Of a stretch of DNA of 64,000 nt, positions 28,846 through 42,610 are shown piece after piece (the stretch's first letter is position 1; each line of letters opens with the position of its first letter). The notes under the pieces were generated by a model that was not told the DNA's origin, searched no databases, and saw nothing but the letters and a program-made list of their open reading frames with translations. The position numbers and the translations under genes were made by a program. This DNA is from the human T2T-CHM13v2.0 reference genome, Homo sapiens. Where the stretch lies: the NCBI RefSeq assembly GCF_009914755.1, contig NC_060937.1, one strand, 5' to 3'.

Positions 28846-30017
28846 CTGAGATGCTTTTTAAAGTAATCTTTTTATGCTATGGTGGGGACAATTTGTAAAA
28901 TACCTCCTTACTGTCTGTTATGTCCCAAAATCCAATTTGTGAAAACCCAGTTGCCAGAGTGCCCCCAAATGGCTTCCATCAAACATTGGATATTGAAAAG
29001 GCATGTGTCTATGTGACTAAAATGACTGCAATACCCCTTCCAATTTCCCTGGGATCCATAGGACACTACACTCAAAGGCTTGTGGCCCGAGGTTGCTTGT
29101 CACCCCCCAAGAGTAGAGGAAGCAAATGACTGGATAGCAGAAAAAAGATAGAAATCTTTTCAAGGGCTTGTCAACGTGGGATCCAAGTTTTTCTCTCCTG
29201 GTGGCCTTTAAAATCAAGTGAACTGCTCAAGCAGAAAAGAGTTATCGGCTCCCTCATTGGGGTCTATGAGTCAGGCCACGTGTTGGGTGTTTTTTCTGCT
29301 GCAATGGAGGGGCTAGTATTACATCAATGGCATAAAAGAGACTTTATTCATTGAAAGCATCCAAAATAGAAATGTTGCTGTAAAAGTAATTAGACTTGAA
29401 TTTAAAAGGATCAGTTCCTCATTAAGGGTTTCCTCAAAGGCTTTTTACAAGCTTACAGCTCAACTCTAATCTCCAGTGTCAACTGTGCAAAGGAGCAATG
29501 CAGAGATGCATATTCACATCCTAAGAAGTGTGCCCACTGGTTTCACCGAAAAAGCACAGGGAGGATTTCACCGTACACAAATATAAATACGTGCTCGTCA
29601 CCACCAGCAGCCCATCCCACACCCCTGAAATGTAGACCCAGGAGATCAAAGTCAACTCTTACACTTATAAAACCCAGAAGAAAACTCTGTAAGTCATGTT
29701 TAGAATTACAATTCGTTATTCTCGAGCTGCCTGAAATGTCAACGGAAACCCTTAATTAATAAGTTAGTTAGTTAAGATCATTCATTGTAATTCCCTATCA
29801 GTAATTTCTGGTTGTTTACCATGTGTCTAGCTCTGTTCTAGGTTTGAGGATACAAAGATACATAAGACACATTCCTGCTCTCCCAGAACTCAGTCTCTAG
29901 CAGGGTTTCTCAAAGTGTGTCTGCATTGGCGCACACATGCAACTGAGTGAAGTAAAGCTGAAAAGTACGAAGCAGCAGGTCTGATTTTCAGACTCCTAGG
30001 ACCACTGAATTAGAATC

Positions 30018-30287
30018 TTTTTTTTTTTTTTGAGATGGAGTCTCGCTCTGTCACCCAGGCTGGCGTGCAGTGGCACAAACTCAACTCACTGCAACCTCTG
30101 CCTCAGCCTCCCGAGTAGCTGGGATTACAGGCACCCACCACCACACCGGCTAATTTTTGTATTTTTAGTAAAGATGGGGTTTCATCATGTTGGCCAGGCT
30201 GGTCTTGAACTCCCAAACTCAGGTGATCCGCCCGCCTCGGCCTCCCAAAGCGCTGGAATTAACAGGCATGAGCCACCGTGCCCAGCC
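30018..30287 (-). mobile_element. AluS with internal deletion, within a MER5-like relic
   Basis: TSD TGAATTAGAATCTT (30006-30019) / TGAATTGGAATCTT (30288-30301). Confidence 0.92.
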
Positions 30288-30639
30288 TGAATTGGAATCT
30301 TAATCAGAACCTCAAAGCACAGGTTCAAGCATCTTTTTGCAAGTCCTCCAGGTGACTTTTATGTACACAGAAGTTAAGTTATAGGCACTGTAATTTCAAA
30401 GCATTTGTAAATAATTTGTGAATTTCAATCCTGGGCTTTCTATCGCAAACCCATCTCTTAAGAGAATGGAAACAACCCACTCTATCCTACATGAGCTGCA
30501 GAATCAAACCTCGCCAGTTGATTACAGTAGACGTCTCTTGGTTCTCCCTTCTCTCAGTGAGTCTCTACACCTCCCATGCTCCACAAGGCCCACCACAAGC
30601 CCCCAACTTATCTATGTGGGGGTGGGGAACTCGCTGATG

Positions 30640-30870
30640 TGGGTAAGAGTTAAAAAGCATGTTGGAATCAGACCTGGGTTTAAATCCTAGCACTTTCGTT
30701 TATTGGTTGTGAAACCATAGGCAAGTTACTGGGCCTTTTGTTTCCTCTGTGAAATGAAGATAATAATAGTACCCTAGGGCATAGGAGCATCAGGGTTGGA
30801 ATGAAATAATGCATGCAGAGAGCATACACATGGTTTTGTATACAGTGAGCATTTATTAAGTGTTGTTACC
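30640..30870 (+). mobile_element. MIR SINE
   Basis: cagacctgggtttaaatcctagc...ggcaagttact...gataataatagtacc...gtgagcatttattaagtg. Confidence 0.75.
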
Positions 30871-31318
30871 GTGGTTACCAAAGTCCTAGGCAGAAGTCTT
30901 TTGGGGTAATGGTTCAGAGAGCTCCAAAAAAATCCCACAAAGTTCACACCAGGCTAGCGTTTTCACTGAAAGAGGCTCAAAAGTCATGAAATGTAGGCAC
31001 CTAAATGTAGACATGAATGAACAATGGTATACTTCTAAACCGTGCTGTGAAGTTTGCAAATTATGAAATTCTATAATTTGTGGCTGGGTAAGGGAGGGTA
31101 AGCAATGGTTGATATTTAAAGTAAACATTTTTTTAACTGAATTTATAAAACACAGATATACTGCACCTAAAGCAAGCCAGATATATAAAAATCTGAACTT
31201 GTTACGCATGTGTTTATCAAAGGACAGACATTCAGCTCCCTAAAACATTTATGATTTTATTTGCAAAATCTTTACCCAAACACAAAATTTCAGGAGGGCA
31301 TCTATTACAAAGTTCAAA

Positions 31319-31434
31319 TAGGGTTGCTACATTTAGCAAATCAAAATACAGGACACCCAGTTAAATTTGAATTTCAGATAAACAAACTTTTTTCTTTTAG
31401 TATCATTATGTCCTGTGAAGTATTTGGCAACCCT
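31319..31434. mobile_element. MER53 hAT relic (internally deleted)
   Basis: tagggttgctacatttagcaaatcaaaatacaggacacccagttaaatttgaatttcagataaacaa...tggcaaccct; both terminal repeats present. Confidence 0.8.
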
Positions 31435-32171
31435 CACTGCAAAGCATGATTGTTTTTGACCTAAGTTCACGACTTCAATTCAGTATTCTTAGCAAGCTTG
31501 ATGTTAGGAAAAGAAAAACTGCCTGGAAGTAAACTTATCACGAGTCAGGTAAATTAACAAAGTTTTAAGTGCTATGAGAAATTAATTAAACCAGCTTAAT
31601 CACAGGGATTAAATTAAACCTGAGCTTTTCATTAAATGCTAAGAAGTTCAAATTTCCCTGTATGCCTGGAGAAATTCCTGCTATAATCAGAGTGTTCTAA
31701 AGTGCTATGTTAGTACTAGAGGAATAAATGGAGGAAAAGTTAACTTAGGAGAAATTCGTTATTAAGATCAGAAGCCAAGGTTCATCGTGTAATCTGGGCT
31801 CAAGGTTCAAACTTGCTTTCACAGTGAAGAAACACCGACCCAGGGCTTCTTGCTGCTGCGTGATAACTAACACCCCAGTGCATGCTTTCTTTCATTCCTT
31901 TAATTTCCTCTAACCCAAGAGCAGGTAAATGCTTTTTCTCTGAGTTATAATACTCTTTGATGTACACATGCACAAAAAAACAAACAAAAAAAAAAAAAGA
32001 AAAAAACACCTCATTTTGGATCTACCAAATAGTTTCCATGGCAAAAAGTTAAGTAGTTCTTTGGAAATTTTCTGGTCTTAAATAAGCTTTGCATATAGCA
32101 GGGCAATGTGGGGGGTGAAAATCAAGAAATTTTCAGGACCCTGCCACTACGTTTTATTTAAAAAAAAAAAT

Positions 32172-32497
<326 letters not shown>

Positions 32498-35400
32498 CTA
32501 AATTAGTAGGTCACGAGAGTTAAGAAATTATTCCACTGGAAATGAAACTACTCCAGCAATCAAAGGAAATTAGATAGGGCAGTAATAGGCAGGACATTAA
32601 ACTTGAAATCAGAAGGCCTGGTTTATGTGCCCACCTCACCACTCACAGGTTGAGTGGCACTTGGCAAATCAATTTCTCTCCCTGGACCTCTTTTTCCTCG
32701 TCTGTAAAATACATGTTCCCTAAAGACTTTTTGCAGGCTGGAATTCCATGATTCTCAGTCCATTTGTTTGAATTCAGATCTCTCATCTTTTACTGCAACA
32801 TTTTGAAAAAATCTGCGCAATCTGGAAGCCTGTTGTGTAGATACCACGGACACCTCTCTCACCCCATTCTGAGGATGAACTCACGTGCTCTTTACAGACC
32901 ACTTGAAAAACAAGCATCAGGCAGCTCAAGAGACACACAAGCCACATGTCCAAAGACAGAAAATGGCTTTAAACAACCATCACCATCGAAGAAGGAACTA
33001 CAATACCAGAGAAGTGGAACATCAGAAGAGCTGTTGTTACAACTCTGGCTTCAGACATTGAAAACTACTTAAGGTTGAAAATCCTGAGTTCATAACTATC
33101 TGAAGGAAGGGCAGTGAAACAGAGTCCTTTGAGAAATGGTAGGGAAAAGAGGTTGGCCATGGAGATATGGGGAGACATTCATGGCTGCCTTCTTAACTTA
33201 CAGGGCCTGCTGCATGCTCACCACCACTCTCCCCTCACTCCCAGCTCACAATTGAAGGCCAGCCACCTCTGAGACCACCTCTAGGTGCCCCAGCTCCAGG
33301 TGAGTGACAGAAGAGGGGCTGGCGCTCAGCTCTGAAAGCCCTCCCTGCTGCACCCCTGACACCTCTACGTCTGTAGCAATGTGATGAATAAAAGACTTTT
33401 AGTGACAGCAAGCAAAAGAGGGTTTCTCCCCCTGAAATTCCTGAGTAAAATCACTTTCAGAAGTGTCAGCCCTGATAAACGGTGTGTCTTTTGAGTTATT
33501 TCTTCAAGCATGGTTATGACTTGCCTGATTGACATAGTGACTGGTGACCAATCTTCAAAGGAGTTGGTGAACAGTCTCTAACCTTGGAGTTACCATGCCC
33601 CCCCATTTCCATACAGATGTCCAAATCCTCCACAGCCACTGTTAAGAACGGTGAGAGGTTCCTTTTTTAAGGAAAACCTGGCAACAGCAGAATAGGCAAA
33701 AAAAACATTAACAACTAGAGTCTTCTAGGGAACATAACCCTGGTAGATATCTCTGTATTATAGTTTCTGTGCCTAAGGAACGAGACATAAGGCAAAGTTG
33801 TTATGTGGTTTCTTTTTAGGAAGACTTGCATCCCATATGACAGAGGGAGAATTAAAAGTGTCTGTGCTGAAAGAGGTGAGCATCAGCCATTTGACAGTGC
33901 ATGCCTGGGAACAGTGGGTTCATTGACGGTGTGAAAGTACTTGGCCCCTTTCTGCGGGCCTCATCAATGAAATGTGATGAATCTGCACACAATGAAATTT
34001 TGTCCTTCTGCCTGTGGATTCATTACTGGCTTTATGAAAAGACACTCAGTATTTCTGAATTGTCAGGTCTTACCCCAGAAAAGGCTAAAGGAAAACTGTT
34101 CACAGGAGGCCCGGGGAAGGTGGTAGCTGCCAGTAAATAAAAAGGGTTTCAACTGGAACCCAGAGAAGTGGCACATTTAACCCTTTCCATTAAAAAAAAA
34201 TTATCCTCCTGTCATTCAGCTCAGCAGAGCTTTTAAATCTATTCAGAAGAGTTTTTTCCCAGGAGTTCTTCAAGATTTTATCCAGTCCCCAATCTTTGAA
34301 AGATTTGAGTATGTTTCCTATTTTTCATTTTAAATGTCTGACCAAGATGCTACTGATGTTCCTGCCTCGAGTTTAGCTTGTCTTTTGGGTTATTATCATT
34401 TTCACTTTCATTGTCACTTTTTGAGAGGTAAATATTTGCAGAGGAAATCAAGAAACATCATAAACATCTCTGGATCACTTTAAAAAGGGAATCAAAGGTC
34501 TGATAAAATTTGGTTTTTCTTACTGGAGAAAGAGACCTCTTGCGCTTTAGGAATCTTTTGATTTTTTTCCCTATGCATAAAGGTACTTAAAGCACCATTG
34601 AGGAGTGAGTTTACCCATTCCCTGTGCTCATGGTCAATGCTGCATCACAACTGAAACAATGCTGATGGAACAGCCCTCACCCAGGGAATGGAAGACAATG
34701 TGGCTGATGGGGAGTGTGCCCATGGGTCCCAAGATGACTGCAAGAGACAGATGTGTGTCCACAGACGTTTCTCAATGTGATGTCTGTATTACTTGCAAGG
34801 CTAAATGTGACATGCCATTCTCTCAGCCTTGTAAAAAAAAAAAAAAAAAAAATCCCACTCTCCTCATCTCTCCCTGCTGGCCCATTTGGTTGGGGCTATA
34901 GATTCCCAGCTGTCTGGCAGCTGTTATTCTGCTTGTTTACAAATTCATCAGCTTTTAAGCAAGGTTCCATGGCGCCAGAGCTTCCTATAAAGCCACTCTT
35001 GAGGCGCCCTCCAGAGCAGGGGCTGTGCAGCCATTCCCTGCTATGCCAAGAGATGGCCAATGGAGCGTGGAAGCAATATGGAAGGCTGCCATGGCTCCAG
35101 ATCATTTCAAAACTACATCTCTGATCCTGCAGCACCTCGATTAAAATATGCTGCAGCCTTGGGACCCCCCTACCAGGCAGGAATCAGACTCTCGAGCCCC
35201 AGCTCTGCCAAGCGTTTGATTACATGCCTGTCATACCACTAAATCTTACTTAGCTTGTCTCTATCTTGGAGGTAAAAGTAACAGAGGGCTGCACGGGGAA
35301 TGGGTCCTTTAAGTGTTTGTGACTGTGTTTGGTGGTTTGTTGGTTTGTCTTTATGCAAAGTTCCCAAGGCAGAGAAGTGTGATGGGAAGATAAAGCGGCT

Positions 35401-35558
35401 ACAGGGAAGGAGAACAGGCTTTGGGACCAGCTGAGGGTGGGCTAGAATCCCAGCTCTCCCAGTAACTGGCCATGGAACCTTGAATTCCATCCTTAACCTT
35501 CACCTGTAAATTCAAAGATGAGTTCTTCTGAGAATGTAATTAAAAAGCACATGTAAGG

Positions 35559-35722
35559 CAATGGTTCTTCACATGTATCCCTGGACCAGCAGCTTCAGCC
35601 TACCTGGGAATGTGCTGGAAATGCAAATTCTCAGGTCCCACCCCAGACCTGTTGAATCCAAAACTACGAGGATGGAGCCCAACAATCCCCCCAGTGATTC
35701 TGACGTAGTTTCAGAAGCACTA
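35559..35722. mobile_element. MER5A relic inside a MIR
   Basis: caatggttcttc...ctggaccagcagc...acctgggaa...aatgcaaattctcaggtcccaccccagacc. Confidence 0.75.
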
Positions 35723-36662
35723 ATATAAGGCCTCTAGAACAGTGCCTGGAGAACAATCATTGTTAGTTCATCCTTGTAGAGATTCTGAGCATATGTGAGG
35801 GATTATTGACTTGGAGCCTAATATGTCAACTGGGCACATTGCTGGGCCCCAATAGCATCTCCACTCTCAGGCTTACAATTCAGCCATGACTGTGCATGCC
35901 CCCCTGTCAATTTGTACTTGGTATAAATCAGATGATGCCCAGGTCTGAATTACACCTAAGTGTATAGCAGTATGGGTGAAAGTGACCTAAAGGAGCAGCT
36001 TTCCAGACCCTGCCCACTCTCCCCCTCCCATCCCCACTCAAACCTTCTCTATACCAAGTGCAGGGAAGCTCTCCTGGCCCTGGGGAGACACAGGGGATGC
36101 AGCCAGCACCTCTGAAGCAGCAAATGTGAAAATTCCAAGGTTCTATGGGAAGCTGTATGACTGCCTGCTTCTCTTCAAGTTGGAAGGAAAGGCCAACCCT
36201 CAGCTGAAGCCGCCAATGCTTGCCATTTTTTGGTTGGTTATTTGGTTTTTCTTTTCTTTCCTTTTTTTGTTTTTGGCTGTAAGTTGTAAAATAATTTTTT
36301 TATTCTTTGGATGAGACTGATATCCATGTTTTGTCATGGATGCCTGGAGTGCAGAGAACATTATGTGACAAATCTATGATATGCTAACTCCAATAAAACA
36401 TTCTCTGGGCTGGGGACTCATCCAGACATTGGGGGTGCTGGACCCTGCCTGGGTCAATGGGTGTGGAAGGAAGGCTTCTTGATAAGTTATCTCAGGGTGT
36501 ATGAAACCTGTTTATCCTGGAAAAAAAAATTAAAAAGAAGATACCAAGTTCCTCCAGACAAGGGATATCCAAGACTTTGGTTAATGGAAAAAAAACAGGT
36601 CTGCTTGGAGGTGATAAAGGAGAAAATCACATTTGGCAAATATGAAAAGGTCAAGTACCAGG

Positions 36663-37009
36663 TGTATTTGTCTGGTCTCATGCTGCTAATAAAGACATAC
36701 CGAGACTGGGTAATTTATAAAGGAAAGAGGTTAATTGACTCACAGTTCAGCATGACTGGGGAGGCCTCAGGAAACTTGCAGATATGTCCTTTTTCACATG
36801 GCAACAACAAAGTGCCGAGCAAAAGGGGGAAAGCCCCTTATAAAACCATCAGATCTCATGAGAACTCACTCACTATCACAAGAGCAGCATGAGGGTAACC
36901 GCCCCCATGATTAAATTACCTCCCACCGCGTCCCTCCCACGACACGTGGGGATTATGGGAACTACAATTCAAGATGAGATTTGGGTGGGGACACAGCCAA
37001 ACCACATCA
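36663..37009 (-). mobile_element. THE1 (MaLR) solo LTR
   Basis: tgtatttgtctggtctcatgctgctaataaagacatacc...gggacacagccaaaccacatca; TSD CCAGG/CCAAG (4/5). Confidence 0.92.
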
Positions 37010-37589
37010 CCAAGCCAGAAGGAAGACAGTGCACACCACAGATGTGGCCTGGAACTATGAGCCAGGAAATGTCATCAAATAAAGTAACAAAATAATCCAT
37101 TTAACACAAATTGAACACCAAACAGCAGTCATCCATTCACTACACAAATGTTAATTGAGCACACCCTCTGTCTTAGGCCTGTGCTATGCCCTGGGCACAC
37201 ATGCAGCTGGAGAAACACTGGACAGTCAACAAGGAGCATGAGAGCACAGGTGTCCACGGGAGAGCCCAGAGGAGGCGAAGAAAGCCGTGGTCTGAAAGAT
37301 CAGGGTCCCTTAACCAGGGACACTGACAGGCTGGACAGACAGGTGTCCTCATGCAGATCTGGACCCCAAAGGGAAACAGAGCAAGGCAACTTGGGGATGT
37401 TGAGAGAAGTGAATGGCCATGGAGTTGATGGACCAAGTGAGAGGGACCAAGCCTGTGAAATATGCAGGGACCAGCCTGGAGGGCTCCCAGGCATGCTCAG
37501 GGGCTAGCAATGTGTCCCAGGGGCTCTGGGAAGCCACTGGAGGTTTGTGAGCTCTGAGCCAACTGCATCAGCACAGGTCAGCACAGGGG

Positions 37590-38140
<551 letters not shown>

Positions 38141-38821
38141 AACAGGGCAAATATTAATGTGGGGTTGACACAGCCTTTGCCCCTCCCTCCCACTGCCTAT
38201 CAATGAGAATTCTACCAGCCCGATTTCCCCTCTTCTTCCTTATTTCAGCAGAAGATTCTTGCTTGCTGGGATCAGAGCTAACTAAGTCATCTAGTCTGAC
38301 CTAGGAGGTGTTGGGGGCTGGACCTTGGTGTGGTGATGTGGAAGGGAGGCTCTTCAGGGGGTGCAAAACCTGCCTATCCTGAAAAAGAGCAGATACTGAG
38401 TTCTCCAGAGAAGGAGTATCCAAGCTTTTTTTAAATGGAAAAAAAAATGGTCTGCTTTGGTGAGGGAAGGAGGAGAGAAAAGCAATAAGGAGCTCAGATG
38501 GGGGAGAAGTCGGGGACATTTGTGTCAGGCTGTGGAGCAGCTGGGGGTGAAAGAAAAGTGGTTGGGAGGACAGAGGGAATTCAATTGAGAGCTACATTTG
38601 GACTCCTTTTAAGTTTTTTTTCTAAAGATGTAAGAATAAAATTCCCTTGTAATTAGTCTGGCTTTTGCCCTGTGTTTCTTTAAAGTTGACTCTATGCAGA
38701 GGCTGAGCCATACAGACTCCTCCTCCAGGATTTAGAAGAGTTATAGTATTAATGTTGAAAATGGGTATATGAATACCTACCCTCCAGGGCTATTCTTAGG
38801 ATTAGATGTGGTAATGCAGGT

Positions 38822-39170
38822 TGTATCCACCAGCTTTCGATAGATTATGCTGCAAACAACCCTCAAATCATAGTGGCTTACAACAACAAAGGTTTATGTC
38901 CTGCTCCCGTTCCATGTTCACTGTGGCTTGGCTGCCTGTCTGTACTCTGGGAACCAGACAGAGGAACCCGCCCCTATCTGCGCCAGGCTGGGCTGGTGTG
39001 GAGGGAAGAAAGGCAGAACTGCAGTGGCTCTTGGAGCTTCTGCTTAGAAGCCTGTCACTTCCAATTCCATTCCATTGGCCAAACAAGTCACACATGTCGT
39101 CAACAGGGTGGGGAGCATGATGGCCCCACTGGGAAGGGCAGCAAAGACTTGGAACAAGAACACAATCTGT
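38822..39170 (-). mobile_element. Old MLT1-type MaLR LTR, apparently inside a MIR
   Basis: tgtat...tgctgcaaacaaccctcaaatcatagtggcttacaacaacaaaggtttat...cattccattggccaaacaagtcaca resembles a reversed MLT1 LTR. Confidence 0.5.
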
Positions 39171-41332
39171 CACAGATATGAAGTGCTTAGGACAGCCCCT
39201 GGCACGTGGAAAGCCCTCAATAAATGATTGCAATCATTCGTATCCATCTGCAAAATGGGAAACATAACAGTATCAGTCTCACAGGGAGTTTGAGGGTGAA
39301 GGGAGGAGATAGGCAGGAATCCCTTAGCACAGGGTCTGGCACCTTGGAAGCTGCTCAACAAAAAGCAGCTATTGGTGAGTTTTTAAGGGAACAGGACTCC
39401 CAGGGACCAGGGTAGGCAATGAGAGAAGGCTGCGGCAAGGAAGCATGTGGTGATCTGAAGCTATAGAGGATCTTAGGGTCCCCATGGGAAAGGATGCTCC
39501 TGTCTCAGGGTGTGTGGGGGGTCAGAGGCTAGACCATGGCCCCAGAGAGCCAAGGGCTGCATAGGAGCAGGAAATGCCAATTAAACTCCCACCTGACTGA
39601 ACAACCTGCAGCCCACCCGCAGAGCAACACAGACCTCACTTTTTATCCAGCCTTTCCTGGGCTGCGAGGCCAAGCTGTGGCTCCAGCAGGAAGCTTCTGC
39701 TGCCTGTGTCAAGGCCCAGCTGCCAAGGCACCTGCTCCCTGCTCTTGGGCATTGCAGCTGGCAACTGTCATCCCTCCCTTTCTGCACACAAGAGAGGCAA
39801 CTCCAGGCCTCCCAAACCCCAAACCCCAAACCCATGCCATCCTCCACCCAGGCCAGCAAGGCTGCTCTCCCGGCCAGGAAGGCAGGGCCAGAGTAGAAGG
39901 AGGGTCTGAGGACCACAGGCTTTCAATAAAAATAGATTAAGATCAGATTTGTTTGGAGAGGCTCCCTTTCACTCCTTTTACCCCCTGTCTCTACTATCCC
40001 CCACCACACGGCTCTCCACAGAGATCCTTACCCCCTCCCCAGGACCCCTTCCTTCTTCATCATTCCACCAGCAAATGCTTATTGGAAGCCCTCCACATGG
40101 CAGGCACGTGCTAGGTGCTGGGGATAGAGCAACGAACACGTCTTACCTCTGTCCAGCTTATGCTCCAAAGCAGGAAACAGTGAGAATCAAGAGGAAGACA
40201 TAAAACAGCTCCTATGTTGGGCAATGGTGAGTGCTAAGCGGCATAAGAGGGGGTGGAACTGTAGCGTACGGCACAGAAGGTCTCTCTGGAATGATGCAGT
40301 AAAGACCTAAAGGAACAAGCAAGCCTAAAGGCAAGTATAAGGAATTAGAAAAAGAGCCAGGGGCCGTGGTGGCTGCTGCAAAGCAGTTTATTCAAGGTTT
40401 CCTCTTCCCCTCAGTTAATCCTCCCCTTCTCAAAAGGATTCAGACTAGGAAAGCAGCCAGGGAACTCCCTCTTGGACTCTGTTTCCAGAGCCATGCTCTG
40501 CACTCCTCAGATGGGTCGGTGGATGACGAGGCAAGAGGGTCTTGAGTTCAAATCTTGATTCTGCTCCATTTATCAACTTTAATGGCCATCTACATCCCTG
40601 CAACCTGCTGCCGGCAGTCCCAGGACAAGCTAGCAGCTTCCTGCACCTCTGCCTGGGTTTCTCTTTGGCCCCAGAAAAGCATCTGGTCCTCCCCCAGGAC
40701 AAATTGGAAGTATTGGAGAGAGACCCTCGTGCAGCAATGAAGACCCCACACCCCTCGTCCCTCAGTGGTCTGTTCTGCATTGTCTCAGCAGGTCCTCAGC
40801 AGGACAAAGCCCAGGTCCCACAGTATAACTGTCCTCAACACACATACTGGCTTTCCTCCCATCCTGGGCTAACGCTGACATTCCCATTCCCTCCCAAATA
40901 AGCTACCTGCAATTAAATCCTTGTTCATCTGCTCTGGGGGAAACCCAAATTGAGATGTCAGCCATGAGAATCTGAGAAAATACTGCAAACTCTCTGAGCC
41001 TGTTTCTTCATCTGTATCACGGAGACCATGAAGAGTAACGAACAGTCGTCAGTGGGCACGGAGGAGGGAATGAGTCACAAGGGGTGAACAGTTCAGCGTG
41101 AACGAGCTGAACTGTAAGGCAGCTAGCCTTGTGCTTGGCACAGAGGGGCAGACAGTAACCCCTCTGAGAAAACAAATGTGATGATGTATGTGAATTCGCT
41201 CTGCAAATGACAGGCAATGCCACAAATGCACACAGGCTGCGTTGCATGGGGTTAAGAGCAGGAGCCCCACAGGCAGAACACCTGGGTTAGATTCCCTACT
41301 CTGCCTCATAGCAGCAGTGTGACCTTAGGCAA

Positions 41333-41744
41333 TGATATAGTTTGGATATTTGTCCCCATTCAAGTCTCCTATCAACCTGGAATTCCCAATGCTAGGCGGC
41401 GGGGGGGCCTGGTGGGAGGTGTTTGGATCACGGGGGTGGATCCCTCACGGCCTGGTGTTAGCTTCGTGATAGTGAGTTCCCCTGCAATCTGGTCATTTAA
41501 ATGTGTGTGGCACTTCCTTCCCACCCTGTCTCTCTTGCTCCTGCTCTGGCCAGGTGATGTGCCTGCTCCCCTTCTGCCTCTGCCATGATTGGAAGCTTCC
41601 TGAGACCTTCCCAGAAGCCTAGCAGATGCCAGCACTATGCTTCCTGTACAGCCTGCAGAACCATGAGCCAATTAAACCTCTTTTCTTTATACATTACTCG
41701 CTCTCAGGTATTTCTTTATAGCAATGCAAAACCAGCCTAACACA
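41333..41744 (+). mobile_element. MST (MaLR) solo LTR inserted in a MIR
   Basis: tgatatagtttggatatttgtcccc...gcaatgcaaaaccagcctaacaca; perfect TSD GGCAA at 41328-41332 and 41745-41749; MIR core reads through (gtgtgaccttaggcaa|cttacttcacctc). Confidence 0.93.
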
Positions 41745-42249
41745 GGCAACTTACTTCACCTCCCCATGCCTTGGTTTCTTAATTCGTCAAAGAGAAATAA
41801 TAATATTTAATAATAACACTAATCCCATTGAGTTATCATGAAGATTAAATAAATGAATGTATGTAGTGTGTCTAGAACTGTCCATCTTCATAACAAGAAC
41901 TACATAAGTTTGCTGTGTTATTTATATTATTATCATGGGCTTACTGACATTCATTTTAGTATTACATTATTTTTATGCTGTGCTGAAAATGCAAGTCTTT
42001 TACCTGCCACTCCCGATGTGTCTCTCCAGCTGCCTGCTCCAACAGACTCTACAGTTTGTCAACATGAGTTTTTTAATTGCATAAATAATTCATGAATACA
42101 TTCTGATTGAAAGAGTTAAGCAGTATATAGAACAAAGTTTCTAAGTTCCTTCAACATTCGCCCCTACTCCCCTCCCACTGTCAACAATGTGAGGTCCCCT
42201 CCTAGTTCCCTTTTATATACTGGCATATATATGTATACACTTTTTTACA

Positions 42250-42610
42250 GTAATATACTAAATTTGCATTCCAATTGTTATTCAATTTGCTTATTTTCCT
42301 TCAACTGTATTTTGTAGATTTTTTCCTCTGATGATAAAATAAGCCTGCTTCGTTCTTTTAATTCTTCAGAATGGATATATCCTAATTTGGTTCAACAAAT
42401 CCCCTATTGATAGATATTCATGTGGTTTCTAATTTTCCCCCTTTTAAAACGGCACTACAATCAACGTCTTTGTGCACACATCTTCACACAGGCAAATGAA
42501 TATTTCTTAGGGTAGATTCCAGGAAGTGGATTTGCTGGGTCAAATGGTGTGTGAATTTTTTGTTTCACTGAATACTGCCAAATTGCCTTCCAATTCAAAC
42601 TTCTACCAGC
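42250..42610 (-). mobile_element. Old L1M fragment
   Basis: cccctattgatagatatt...agattccaggaagtggatttgctgggtcaaatgg is the reversed L1 ORF2 3' end. Confidence 0.6.
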
